A DNA stretch of 64,000 nucleotides from Candidatus Firestoneibacteriota bacterium (GTDB lineage Bacteria; Oederibacteriota; D2-FULL-39-29; JBBTED01): the NCBI GenBank assembly GCA_038042445.1, contig JBBTED010000021.1, forward strand, positions 890-64,889, given 5' to 3'. The stretch's first letter is position 1. Each line of letters begins with the position of its first letter. The notes beneath the pieces are model-generated. The model saw only the letters and a program-made list of their open reading frames with translations. It made no database searches and was not told where the DNA came from. The position numbers were made by a program, and so were the translations under genes. Of this stretch, positions 40,973-51,814 are shown in pieces.

Positions 40973-42370
40973 TCACTTTTCTCCAAAATATTTCATTTTC
41001 ATAAGTTCACCTTCTATAGCTTCAATCTGAGTCATCATTATATCCGGAGAATACAATGATTTAACTGATTCAATATTATTTTTTTTCATTGATTGTTTCA
41101 CAAATTCGTTTGCATCAAACAAATCCTTTATTGATTCTTTCACATTAAATCTTCCCGGAGAAACAGGATCAGGTGGCCATCTTGAATCTGATACATAAGC
41201 TGAAATAACTTTTTTCAATGCATTTTTAAGTGCTGCATCCATAGTATCAAAATTCTTCTTCAAGTACTTATTTATTTCTTTAATCCCATCAAATATAGAT
41301 TTGCATACAGGATCCATAATTCTGGAATATTTAGTATTTGCCCATGCTTTTGCAGTTCCACCATGCCATGCTACTCCATTTTCTATATTTTTAACAAATT
41401 CATTTTTTATTATATTTTTTGCGTTTTTCACAACATCAGTGGGCGTACTTAAAGTATATCCGCATTGTTTTGCTAAATCAAGGAGCTGTTTAAATCTGAC
41501 AATACTTTCAGGTTCAGGCTCAAAAAAACGTGCCAAGCCAAATTGCTTAACATAAAAATATGCAGAAGTCCCAATATATTCTGAATCTTCTGCATAAGGC
41601 ATTATGAAAGCTCCAGTTTCTTTAATTCTTTTCTTCCATTTTTCAAGCATCACTTTTATTTCGTCTAAAGAAACAGGTTTTTCTCTTGCCTCTTCTGTAA
41701 CACCCATTAAATACCAAAGCATTAAATTAGACATCATATCCGAACGAAAAACCATAATCAAACCATTATTGAACTTCGAAGGATTAGTCAAATATCTCAA
41801 AAACTCTGGCTTGTCTTTTATATATTCTTCAATTTTAAATAAAAGATTTTTATTGCTATGTCCTTGGACATCAAATTTCAATCCTGTTGCTTCTCGTATT
41901 TTTTTGAATGACAACAGAAATGAATCTGCATCCATAACTAAAATTTTGAAACCTGCTCTTTTATAGATTTCAGGCATATAAGACGCCCAGCCACACTCTG
42001 GATTCCAGCCTGTTTCTGGGCGAACCCCTGTATATTTTTCCCATACATCAAGCCCATCTTTTAATGTAGCAAGACCTATCTCTGGGTCTATGTTAGACAA
42101 CATAATATGAGTATAAGGTGAAGCAACTGGCTCTAACTTTTTATTTTTAATTAAATTTTTTAGCTTTTTCAAAACATTAGGACAATTTTTGGCAATTAAA
42201 TTTATCGTTTCACCAGATGCCTCAAAAGCAATTCTGTAATCACTTTCACCAACCAAATCAAACAATTTTTCATAAGAATTTTTTATAACCCACACTCTTT
42301 TTGATGGTTGTAATTGCGAATACTGAATATTTGCATGTGGCATAAACAGTATTTTAGGGGTTACAGTCAT
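40973..42370 (-). CDS. GH57/polysaccharide deacetylase-like protein
   Basis: HANIQY, SPYTH, GWNPE catalytic-type motif; GAGGAGG SD before ATG 42370. Confidence 0.65.
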   Translation of the reverse strand: MTVTPKILFMPHANIQYSQLQPSKRVWVIKNSYEKLFDLVGESDYRIAFEASGETINLIAKNCPNVLKKLKNLIKNKKLEPVASPYTHIMLSNIDPEIGLATLKDGLDVWEKYTGVRPETGWNPECGWASYMPEIYKRAGFKILVMDADSFLLSFKKIREATGLKFDVQGHSNKNLLFKIEEYIKDKPEFLRYLTNPSKFNNGLIMVFRSDMMSNLMLWYLMGVTEEAREKPVSLDEIKVMLEKWKKRIKETGAFIMPYAEDSEYIGTSAYFYVKQFGLARFFEPEPESIVRFKQLLDLAKQCGYTLSTPTDVVKNAKNIIKNEFVKNIENGVAWHGGTAKAWANTKYSRIMDPVCKSIFDGIKEINKYLKKNFDTMDAALKNALKKVISAYVSDSRWPPDPVSPGRFNVKESIKDLFDANEFVKQSMKKNNIESVKSLYSPDIMMTQIEAIEGELMKMKYFGEK

Positions 42371-42441
42371 ATCTTTCCTCCTCTCAAGCTCCAGACTCAT
42401 TCTGGGATAATTATTTATCTATAATTCTATTACATAAATTC

Positions 42442-43524
42442 TTAAAAGTCAATATTTTTAACAAAATCATTATACAACCAACAACATCTGTTACATATAG
42501 GAAGTGGCCCACTTTCTAAATATTTTTTTCTGAATACCTGTGCTCTTTTATTATTCCAAATGTCAAATAATGAATTTTGGGTCACGTTTCCTATTATATA
42601 GTCAGGAAAATCAACACAAAAATTTACATTCCCATTAGGCATGACATTTACGAGAGACCAAGGAACAAAACATTGGTTAAATCCAAATGTCTTTTCTGCA
42701 TCTTTATACCATTTATCTGTTGAAACTTTTCCATATCCAGCAGCTACAACAAAATTTTTCTTTTCCTTTGATATAATATCTGATATATCACATTCTAATA
42801 TCTTACCATCAACTCCTGTTTTATCTACAATCCATCCATATTGACTTGTAGGGTATTCATTAAATCTCCTAAAATATTCTTTACTATATTCGCTTGCAAT
42901 CTTACTGGTAGTAAACATAAATGGATCAAAGTTTATTCTATTAGCATTAAAATTATTTGCTATCTTCAACATATTTTTAATTATCTTATAATTGTATTTT
43001 GAAATAGTAAACTTTATCTCCAAATATGGCGATTTAGTTTTCTTTTTCTTTTTTAAATCATTTAGTTTTTTAATACCATTAAAAATCTTTCTGTAAGCCC
43101 CTTTTACACCTCTGATATTATCGTGAATCACATGAGGGCCATCTATAGACATATATATCTTATCAATTCCGCTATCAATAAGTTCTCTATAATATTTCCC
43201 AATTAAAACACCATTAGTAACCATATAACATTTTAGTTTTTTAAATTTAACATATTTTATTATCTTAAAGACATCTTTTCTTAAAAGCGGCTCACCGCCC
43301 CAGATGTTAATAATACATTTCCATTTAGACACCTCATCAATTAGTCCTTTCCATACTTCAAAACCAATCTCACTGTTTTTAAGCATAGAAATATGTTTTT
43401 TGAATATACCCTTTTTGCCCCATTGCCCACACATTTTACAACGCAAATTACAGGAATAAGTTAATTGAAAATGTACAAATTCTGGTGGTTTAGTGGTTAT
43501 TGTCTTGTATTTAGATAACATCAT
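42442..43524 (-). CDS. Radical SAM protein with SPASM/twitch domain
   Basis: CNLRCKMC, GGEP, SIDG, CFVPW...GNVNFC...CNRC. Confidence 0.9.
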   Translation of the reverse strand: MMLSKYKTITTKPPEFVHFQLTYSCNLRCKMCGQWGKKGIFKKHISMLKNSEIGFEVWKGLIDEVSKWKCIINIWGGEPLLRKDVFKIIKYVKFKKLKCYMVTNGVLIGKYYRELIDSGIDKIYMSIDGPHVIHDNIRGVKGAYRKIFNGIKKLNDLKKKKKTKSPYLEIKFTISKYNYKIIKNMLKIANNFNANRINFDPFMFTTSKIASEYSKEYFRRFNEYPTSQYGWIVDKTGVDGKILECDISDIISKEKKNFVVAAGYGKVSTDKWYKDAEKTFGFNQCFVPWSLVNVMPNGNVNFCVDFPDYIIGNVTQNSLFDIWNNKRAQVFRKKYLESGPLPICNRCCWLYNDFVKNIDF

Positions 43525-43534
43525 AAGTTATACA

Positions 43535-44842
43535 TTAACGTGATAGCATAAAGGCATAAAAAAATTGCCATGCATCTTTTAATGCTCTTGAAATAGATAT
43601 TTTTTCTCTGAACAGCTTAATGATTTTTTTTAATTTCTCCTGTTTGGAAGTTCCATCTATTGTAAAAAACTCCAAAGATGCTTCATTTATAAATTCGGGA
43701 TAAAGTTTAAAAAAATGAGAGTTTTTTTCAAAAAGTTCTGGAATTTTTCTGTATTTTTTCAAATCTTTTAATATAAAACTTTGCTCAAGTAATTGCCTGT
43801 ATAATGATAAACTATTAGATGTGAAATCAGCTTTTTCTTTTGCTTTTAAAACTGTTTCTGCTGCAAGCCTGCCTGATGTAATAGCCAAATTTGAACCTTC
43901 CCTGTGAACAGAATTAACAAGCATTCCCGCATCTCCTGCAATGAGCCATCCATCACCATATAATTTCGGAATAACATCATACCCACCTTCTGGTATAAGA
44001 TGTGCCATATATTCCTTTGTTTCTCCGCCTGCAAGCAGTGGTTTAACAGCAGGATGCGATTTAAATGCTTCAATTAAATCATTTGGACTTTTATTGTTTT
44101 TTGCAAAATCAGAAAGCAATGCACCAACACCAATAGATATGGAATCTTTGTTAGTATATAAAAAACCCGTACCTATCATACCATCTGTAGATTTTCCAAC
44201 AATTTCAATTGTAACTCCTTCATTACCCTGAAGATTAAATCTGTCTTCTATTTTTTCTTTTGGCAATGAAATTATTTCTTTTACAGCAAGCGCTACATTT
44301 TTTGTTTTTAAGTCTTCTCTGAATTTTGCTTTTTTTGCAATAGTAGAATTAACACCATCAGCAATTATAACAACATCTGCATAAAGGTCACCATCTTCTC
44401 TTCCTGTTTTCACACCAATAACTTTATTGCCATCAAAAATTAAATCCTCTGCAAGAGTCTCTGCAATTAAAAACGCACCTGCATCTTCTGCTTTTTTGGC
44501 AAACCATTGGTCAAACTTCGCTCTTAAAACTGTAAAACAGTTATATGGCTCCTTTGAAAACTTTTCACTTCCATAACCCACTTTAAAAGCAGAGTCATTA
44601 TCTAAAATCCATAAACGCTGTTCAATAATATGTCTTTCTAATGGAGCCTCTTTCCAAAATTCTGGTATTAATTTATCAAGCGCTGACCTGTAAAACACAC
44701 CACCCATAACATTCTTTGCACCCGGATATTCTCCACGTTCAAGCAAAACAACATTTAATCCTGCTTTAGCCAATACATAAGAAGCAGCACTACCAGCAGG
44801 ACCAGCGCCAATAACTATAGCATCAAATTTTTCTTCAGACAT
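43535..44842 (-). CDS. fixC: FixC-like ETF:quinone oxidoreductase
   Basis: GAGPAG, ERGEYPGAKNVMGG, GFLYTNK, AHLIPEGG, AGDA. Confidence 0.85.
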   Translation of the reverse strand: MSEEKFDAIVIGAGPAGSAASYVLAKAGLNVVLLERGEYPGAKNVMGGVFYRSALDKLIPEFWKEAPLERHIIEQRLWILDNDSAFKVGYGSEKFSKEPYNCFTVLRAKFDQWFAKKAEDAGAFLIAETLAEDLIFDGNKVIGVKTGREDGDLYADVVIIADGVNSTIAKKAKFREDLKTKNVALAVKEIISLPKEKIEDRFNLQGNEGVTIEIVGKSTDGMIGTGFLYTNKDSISIGVGALLSDFAKNNKSPNDLIEAFKSHPAVKPLLAGGETKEYMAHLIPEGGYDVIPKLYGDGWLIAGDAGMLVNSVHREGSNLAITSGRLAAETVLKAKEKADFTSNSLSLYRQLLEQSFILKDLKKYRKIPELFEKNSHFFKLYPEFINEASLEFFTIDGTSKQEKLKKIIKLFREKISISRALKDAWQFFYAFMLSR

Positions 44843-44872
44843 ATATTATTTTATTGTAATTTCTCAGTAGTG

Positions 44873-44926
44873 GTAGCCGCAGGCTTTAGCCTGCGTAAAA
44901 TCACGCAACCTAAAGGTTGCGACTAC
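44873..44926. repeat. GTAG-type REP doublet
   Basis: gtagccgcaggctttagcctgcg...cgcaacctaaaggttgcgactac. Confidence 0.85.
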
Positions 44927-44957
44927 CAACTCCCAGCAATAATTGATGAATTACATT

Positions 44958-46253
<1,296 letters not shown>

Positions 46254-46378
46254 CTATGAAACATATTAGTTTAAAGTAATATTATAGTATAATTTTTTAC
46301 AACTTTTCAAGTGAAAAATTTTGAATAGTAGTAATTAATTTATAGTTTAGAGTGTAAAATTATGCTATAATATGATTA

Positions 46379-46576
46379 ATGAATGTTGTTAAGAGTTATA
46401 CTAAATTGAAGAAAATAGATAAACAAGAAGACTGTTTTATGAATGCATCACCCAAAGAACGGATTTCCTTTATGTGGGAATTAACTGCCGAATTATGGTC
46501 ATTAAAATATAAACAATATCATGTTGAACAAAGATTACAAAGAAATATTACAAATCTTATTAAACAACAAGGTTAA
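46379..46576 (+). CDS. Small hypothetical protein, likely partner of nucleotidyltransferase
   Basis: SPKERI motif; overlaps next gene; extended -10 upstream. Confidence 0.55.
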   Translation: MNVVKSYTKLKKIDKQEDCFMNASPKERISFMWELTAELWSLKYKQYHVEQRLQRNITNLIKQQG

Positions 46577-46973
46577 ATTTCTCATTGTGGGTGCTTATGC
46601 CATGGGTGCCTATGGATATCCACGAGCCACAGGTGATATTGATATTTGGTTAGAAGCATCCATAGAAAACTCAAAAAAAGTATATAAATCTCTTTTTGAA
46701 TTTGGTGCTCCTTTATCACAAATTTCAAAAAAAACATTTTGTAAAAAAGGTGTAATTTTTCAAATTGGAATGTCTCCCAGACGAATTGATCTAATTACTA
46801 AAATTGATGGAGTTAGTTTCAAAAAAGCATACAGTGATAAAGAAAAAATAGAAATTGAAGATATTACAGTTCCTTTCCTATCCAAAACAAACCTTATTAA
46901 AAATAAGAAATCGACAAAACGCGAAAAAGATAAACTTGACGTAAAATATTTACAACAAACTTCTTTAGATTAA
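46521..46973 (+). CDS. Nucleotidyltransferase-fold protein (DUF6036-like)
   Basis: IVGAYA..YGYPRATGDIDIW, LIKNK..R.KD..D. Confidence 0.8.
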   Translation: MLNKDYKEILQILLNNKVKFLIVGAYAMGAYGYPRATGDIDIWLEASIENSKKVYKSLFEFGAPLSQISKKTFCKKGVIFQIGMSPRRIDLITKIDGVSFKKAYSDKEKIEIEDITVPFLSKTNLIKNKKSTKREKDKLDVKYLQQTSLD

Positions 46974-47055
46974 ATATCTTGGGATAATTCCTAATTTGGG
47001 ATTATTATTTATAATCTCGCATTTCAAGTTACATTTGACTGATTTTTCTCCCAAC

Positions 47056-47940
47056 TTATTTACCATAATCAACACCAATTTTCCAAACATTCTTTTCTAA
47101 AAAAGCCTCGATAGTTTGCCTGTTAGCTTTATTGATAAGGTTTGAATGTGAGAGTTTATTATTTTTTGCGTAATCGACAAGTGTAATAATTTTCTTACCT
47201 TCTATATATGCCAATCGTTTATGGTAGCTATTAGTCAATGCTTTTCCCACTATTTCTTCCATAACAACAGTCATACCTTTTTCATCAAATTCCTTGAATG
47301 CTTCATAATATTTCTTTCTGTCAATAAATTTTATATTTATCGGAACAAATCCTTCTCGTATAAGCAAATAATTATTTATTACTCTACCAATACGACCATT
47401 ACCATCAACAAAAGGATGAACATATTCAAAAGTAAGGTGTAACTTTGCTATACGCTTAATTATATTTTCATAATTGGTAGCATTGTAATCTGCAAGCATT
47501 TTTTTTAGACGATCCAGCACTTCCTTTGGATTAGGTGCAATATGATTCCCAACGCGAACATATTCATCATCTTTTCTAAATCTTCCAGCAACATCATCAC
47601 GGATATTTGAAATCAACATTTTGTGCAATGATAAAATCACCTCAAGAGTAAGTTCTTGTTCTTTGGCTCTTTTATCTATATATGAAACCACCCGTGCCAG
47701 ATTCTTGGTTTCAAAAATTTCTCGCTCTGTGATAAATCTATCCAAATTAATTTGCAAAAGTATTTTTTCAGTTTCTTCAAGAGTAAGTGTACTGTTTTCA
47801 ATAGCATTTGAGTTATATACCTGTTCGACAACTTCTGTTTCAGCAATAAGCTGAATAATCGCCTCTTTGCCTATAACCGCTTTGTAGTACCTCTCTCGCA
47901 GAAAATTCACCTTATTAAAAACATTAAGTATCTTTGCCAT
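47056..47940 (-). CDS. Class II Fic protein with C-terminal HTH-like tail
   Basis: HPFVDGNGRIGR; inhibitory SNAIEN motif. Confidence 0.92.
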   Translation of the reverse strand: MAKILNVFNKVNFLRERYYKAVIGKEAIIQLIAETEVVEQVYNSNAIENSTLTLEETEKILLQINLDRFITEREIFETKNLARVVSYIDKRAKEQELTLEVILSLHKMLISNIRDDVAGRFRKDDEYVRVGNHIAPNPKEVLDRLKKMLADYNATNYENIIKRIAKLHLTFEYVHPFVDGNGRIGRVINNYLLIREGFVPINIKFIDRKKYYEAFKEFDEKGMTVVMEEIVGKALTNSYHKRLAYIEGKKIITLVDYAKNNKLSHSNLINKANRQTIEAFLEKNVWKIGVDYGK

Positions 47941-47948
47941 ATAACACT

Positions 47949-48020
47949 ATTATATTATTTTTTCACGTTTTTGTCAACATAACCGTGAAAAACAGTAAAA
48001 TTTGCTGTATTTTCACGGTT
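47949..48020 (-). promoter_or_regulatory. Consensus promoter plus repeated operator-like sites of fic gene
   Basis: TTGACA(47977-47972)-N17-TATAAT(47954-47949); ttttcacg motif three times. Confidence 0.65.
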
Positions 48021-48066
48021 TTTACTGCATCTTTCAGCAAATTCGGTAAACAGTCCCATGTAATTC

Positions 48067-48726
48067 TTATTCTAAATTGCTTTTTCCAATGTTGCAGTTC
48101 AAACATAATGTTTGTAAATTTTCATAGATTGTCTTACCACCTTTACTCCAAGGCTTTATATGATCAACATGTAGTTCAACACTTCTGTCTTTAGCTGGAC
48201 TGGCACCACATTGAACACAAGTAAAATTATCTCTTTTTAATACTCGAAATCTTAACCTGAGAGAGGGATCTCTATTAGTTTTCTGTGTGATATCTTTTAA
48301 TTCACTATATGTTATAACAGTATTATCATTTTCATTTGCATATTCAACAAAACATCGTAATGCTTCTGACCAAGATTTGAATCGTCTATTATATGGATAT
48401 TTAGAAATTTCAGAAGGTTCTAAATTTAAATCTCTCCGAACAGGTTGTTTACCTTTATGTTGCCAAATATTTAATATATTTTTAAATAATTTTTCGTCTG
48501 AATAATTAATAATATTTCCTGGTTTCAAGCCTACTTTTAATAGTGCTTTATTCCATGTTCCAAATCGTCGACAAATAGTAGTAACGTCATATTTCCCATG
48601 TTTTTTATACAATCGTTGCGGTAAAACATCTATATTGTTATCTAATGCAACTTTTTTCAAATCATTTATTAATTCCTTAGATGAAACAGAGACATTTTTA
48701 GGTGCTGTATATTTAAATTTGCCCAT
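48067..48726 (-). CDS. HNH endonuclease with two homing-endonuclease-associated repeats
   Basis: RRFGTWNKAL, RRFKSWSEAL; RDNFTCVQCG, HVDHIKPWSKGG, NLQTLC..CN. Confidence 0.9.
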   Translation of the reverse strand: MGKFKYTAPKNVSVSSKELINDLKKVALDNNIDVLPQRLYKKHGKYDVTTICRRFGTWNKALLKVGLKPGNIINYSDEKLFKNILNIWQHKGKQPVRRDLNLEPSEISKYPYNRRFKSWSEALRCFVEYANENDNTVITYSELKDITQKTNRDPSLRLRFRVLKRDNFTCVQCGASPAKDRSVELHVDHIKPWSKGGKTIYENLQTLCLNCNIGKSNLE

Positions 48727-48728
48727 TA

Positions 48729-49010
48729 TTAGTCACTTCCTGTTACAGTGGATTGTATGCCTTCTCTTAATATCTGCCTTAAAGTCGTTTTTCCTTTTGT
48801 TGTTTTAAAATAATTTTCTCTTCGCATTGCGTCGTCTTCTGAAAGATGTCCTTCAAAATAGATTAACTTCACAGGCAACCTCTTAGAAGTTGAAATATTC
48901 TTGCCTTGTTCGTGTTCTTTTAATCTGCGTTCTAATTCATTGGTAAAACCTATGTAGAACTTACTATCTTTCTGGCTTAAAAGCACGTAAACATAATAGA
49001 AGTTTTTCAT
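48729..49010 (-). CDS. GIY-YIG nuclease
   Basis: YVYVL...FYIGFT..LERRLKEH...RRE.YFKT. Confidence 0.9.
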   Translation of the reverse strand: MKNFYYVYVLLSQKDSKFYIGFTNELERRLKEHEQGKNISTSKRLPVKLIYFEGHLSEDDAMRRENYFKTTKGKTTLRQILREGIQSTVTGSD

Positions 49011-49032
49011 AGTTCTTTATTGTCCTTAAACC

Positions 49033-49182
49033 GCCATGAACCATTCGCTACGCTCAGGTTCACGGCATATACCACTCACTCTATTATTATAATGACTGTA
49101 TCATATACCCAAACGTTAGTGAATAATTTATTGAATAATTTATGGCGTGCCATATACCCGAACGAAGTGAGTGGTATATGGC
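49033..49182. repeat. Palindromic repeat cluster between tRNA-Gln and GIY-YIG gene
   Basis: catataccactcact (49066) is the inverse of agtgagtggtatatg (49166); direct copies catataccc.aacg at 49101 and 49151. Confidence 0.7.
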
Positions 49183-49255
49183 TCCGGGGCTAGGATTCGA
49201 ACCTAGAAGTCTTCTGGTTCAGAGCCAGACATCCTACCAGTTAGACGACCCCGGA
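49179..49255 (-). tRNA. tRNA-Gln(CTG)
   Basis: TCCGGGG acceptor, tctgg-ctCTGaa-ccaga, TTCGAAT, encoded CCA. Confidence 0.95.
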
Positions 49256-49256
49256 A

Positions 49257-49826
49257 TTATTTTACTTCTTCAATTTTAAAATTGTCGTAGAATGTTATGC
49301 AAGGTTTTGATCTTCTACCGTAGATTCGCAAACCAACTTTACCAGATTTATATGTATTATCCTGGCCAGTCAATAGAAGCTCATCATTGAGAAAAACCTT
49401 CATCTGATTGCCTACAAAATCTGCTTTTATATTTACCCACTGGTCTATTTTAAATTTAGTGCGTGTGCCTGCAAAATAAGTCTCTCTGCCTTTTGCTCTT
49501 TTTCCTAATGCTATACCTGAATATCCTTCATTTGCTCCTTCTGGCACAAATATCAAAAGATAACAATTTTTTGCATCACGTGCTCTTAAAATCAAACTTC
49601 CTTCTCTGGTTACAGGTTTTACTTTAACAGAACAAGTAAAATTCTCAAATTCTTGATTTTGATATAATAATATGGCATCACCTTCATCTGCAAAACCTTT
49701 CACATAAGAATCTGAATTTTCCCATTTGCCGCTTAGAATTTGCCATTTTTCATTTAAAAACTGTGCATTAACAGTATTAGTAAAAATTACTGTACAAAAT
49801 ATTAGAAATATTTTATTCATTTTCAT
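49257..49826 (-). CDS. Secreted DUF1080 (3-keto-disaccharide hydrolase-like) protein
   Basis: Signal peptide; FENF, SGKVGL, FYDNFKI. Confidence 0.7.
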   Translation of the reverse strand: MKMNKIFLIFCTVIFTNTVNAQFLNEKWQILSGKWENSDSYVKGFADEGDAILLYQNQEFENFTCSVKVKPVTREGSLILRARDAKNCYLLIFVPEGANEGYSGIALGKRAKGRETYFAGTRTKFKIDQWVNIKADFVGNQMKVFLNDELLLTGQDNTYKSGKVGLRIYGRRSKPCITFYDNFKIEEVK

Positions 49827-49833
49827 AAGACAC

Positions 49834-49893
49834 TAGATTCCCGATTTGTCAGGCAAGATGCCTGACCTATTGCTTAATGCATACGGGAATGAC
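49834..49893. repeat. GTCA-type REP with nested hairpin, overlapping gltX 3' end
   Basis: agattcccg...gtcaggca-aga-tgcctgac...cgggaatgaca. Confidence 0.6.
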
Positions 49894-51336
49894 ATTTTTT
49901 ATTATATCAATTGCTTTTTGAATACGCAAACAGGATTTTCCTTTTCCAAGAACAGCCATTACTTCAAATAAACCTGCACTTATTGTTCTTCCTGTAATTG
50001 CTAATCGGACAGGATGGACTAATTGAGCAAATTTAATATTTAATTCTTCAGCTGTAGCTCTTGCAATTTTTTCTGTTTCATCTTTTGAAAAATTTTCAAG
50101 CTGTCTTAATTTTGTCAAAAGATTTTCAAGGATAATTGCTGTCTCATTATTTTTGAAATATTTTTCAAGTGCTACTTCTTCATATTTAATTTCGTCAGTA
50201 AAAAAGAAGTCTGTATAATCAGTTATCTGTGAAAGTATTTTAAGCCTATCTTTTTCCAATTTAACTATTTCCTGTAGTTTTATTTCCTCATTTTCAGATG
50301 GCACCTCGCTAATATATTTTTTCTCACGAAAATAGGGAAGTGATAATTTGTAAATTCTATCTAACTGAGCATTTCTTATATATAATCCATTTAACCAATT
50401 TAATTTTTCATTATCAAAAACAGCTGGGTTTTTTGTAACTTTTTCAAGTGAAAATTTCTGTATTACTTCCTCTATTGAAAAAATCTGCTGTTTATCATCA
50501 TATCCCCATCCAAGCAACACTAAGAAATTCAACATTGCTTCAGGCAAATAGCCTTTTTTACGATATTCAGCTACAGAAGTAGCACCATGCCTTTTTGAAA
50601 GACGAGTTTTATCTATCCCAAGTATTAATGGTATATGTACAAACTTAGGCAATTCAAAACCCAATGTTTTATACAACAAAATCTGCCTTGGTGTATTTGA
50701 AAGATGATCTTCACCTCTTATAATATGCGTAATATTCATAAGTGCATCATCTACAACTACACAAAAATTATATGTTGGAATTTTATCTGAACGTACAATT
50801 ACAAAATCATCTAAAAGTAAATTGTCAAATTTAACGTTTCCTCTTATTATGTCATTTACTATTGTTTCACCAACAGGTATTTTAAAACGAAGAGAAAAAG
50901 CTTTGTTTTCTTTTTCATTCTGCAGTTTTTGTTCATCAGTAAGATTTAGGCATTTTCTATCATATTTATACGGTTGTTTGAATTTTTCTGCGCTTTGTCT
51001 TTGTAGTTCAAGATCTTCAGGTTTACAATAACATTTATAAGCACTTCCCGCTTTCAAAAGTTCTTCTATATATTTATTGTAAATATCCATTCTCTCGGAC
51101 TGTCTATAAGGACCTTCGTCCCAGTCTAGCCCAAGCCATTTCAAAGACTCAAGTATATCATCCTCATATTCTTTTTGTGACCGAAGTTTATCTGTATCCT
51201 CAAGCCGTAAAATAAATTTACCATTGAATTTTTTTGCAAATATCCAATTAAAAAATGCTGTCCTTGCACCACCTATATGAAGATAACCTGTAGGACTAGG
51301 TGCAAATCTAACTCTTATTTGCTGTGCTGTTATCAT
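49867..51336 (-). CDS. gltX: Glutamate--tRNA ligase
   Basis: RFAPSPTG.LHIGGAR, RGEDH, LSKR. Confidence 0.98.
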   Translation of the reverse strand: MITAQQIRVRFAPSPTGYLHIGGARTAFFNWIFAKKFNGKFILRLEDTDKLRSQKEYEDDILESLKWLGLDWDEGPYRQSERMDIYNKYIEELLKAGSAYKCYCKPEDLELQRQSAEKFKQPYKYDRKCLNLTDEQKLQNEKENKAFSLRFKIPVGETIVNDIIRGNVKFDNLLLDDFVIVRSDKIPTYNFCVVVDDALMNITHIIRGEDHLSNTPRQILLYKTLGFELPKFVHIPLILGIDKTRLSKRHGATSVAEYRKKGYLPEAMLNFLVLLGWGYDDKQQIFSIEEVIQKFSLEKVTKNPAVFDNEKLNWLNGLYIRNAQLDRIYKLSLPYFREKKYISEVPSENEEIKLQEIVKLEKDRLKILSQITDYTDFFFTDEIKYEEVALEKYFKNNETAIILENLLTKLRQLENFSKDETEKIARATAEELNIKFAQLVHPVRLAITGRTISAGLFEVMAVLGKGKSCLRIQKAIDIIKNVIPVCIKQ

Positions 51337-51808
51337 TTTTTATCTCAACTTTTAAAGGATTTAACCACATAACCATTGCATCCTCACCAGTATCCCCATA
51401 AAACTTTTTTCGTATAGCTATAGGCACAAACCCAAATTTCTCGTAAAGTTTTTGTGCTGGAATATTTGAAATTCTTACTTCTAAAGTAGCTAATACTGCA
51501 CCGCATTTTATGGCTTCAAGAAGAAGTTCTTTAAGAATACTTTCTCCTATTTTTTTTCTGCGATATAAAGGTGCAACAGCAAAATTTATTATATTTATCT
51601 CTTTAGATATAATCCAAAAACAAGCATATCCAACAATCTTAAGTTTTTCATTTATTTCAGCTTTAGCAACAAAACAATATGCTCTATCAGGAGAATTAAT
51701 ATCATTTAAAAAACTTTGTCTACCCCATGGTGTTGGAAAAGAATCTAATTCTATTGCACAAATCTCATCCAAATCCTCAAATTTCATTGGTGAAAATATT
51801 ACTTGCAT
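51308..51808 (-). CDS. rimI: Ribosomal protein S18 alanine N-acetyltransferase
   Basis: FPTPW, LEVRISN..AQKLYEKFGF, GEDAMVM. Confidence 0.9.
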   Translation of the reverse strand: MQVIFSPMKFEDLDEICAIELDSFPTPWGRQSFLNDINSPDRAYCFVAKAEINEKLKIVGYACFWIISKEINIINFAVAPLYRRKKIGESILKELLLEAIKCGAVLATLEVRISNIPAQKLYEKFGFVPIAIRKKFYGDTGEDAMVMWLNPLKVEIKNDNSTANKS

Positions 51809-51814
51809 TGGAAT

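Noticed and set aside
46300-49255. Prophage or integrative element at tRNA-Gln
   Set aside because: No integrase, phage genes or duplicated tRNA 3' end seen
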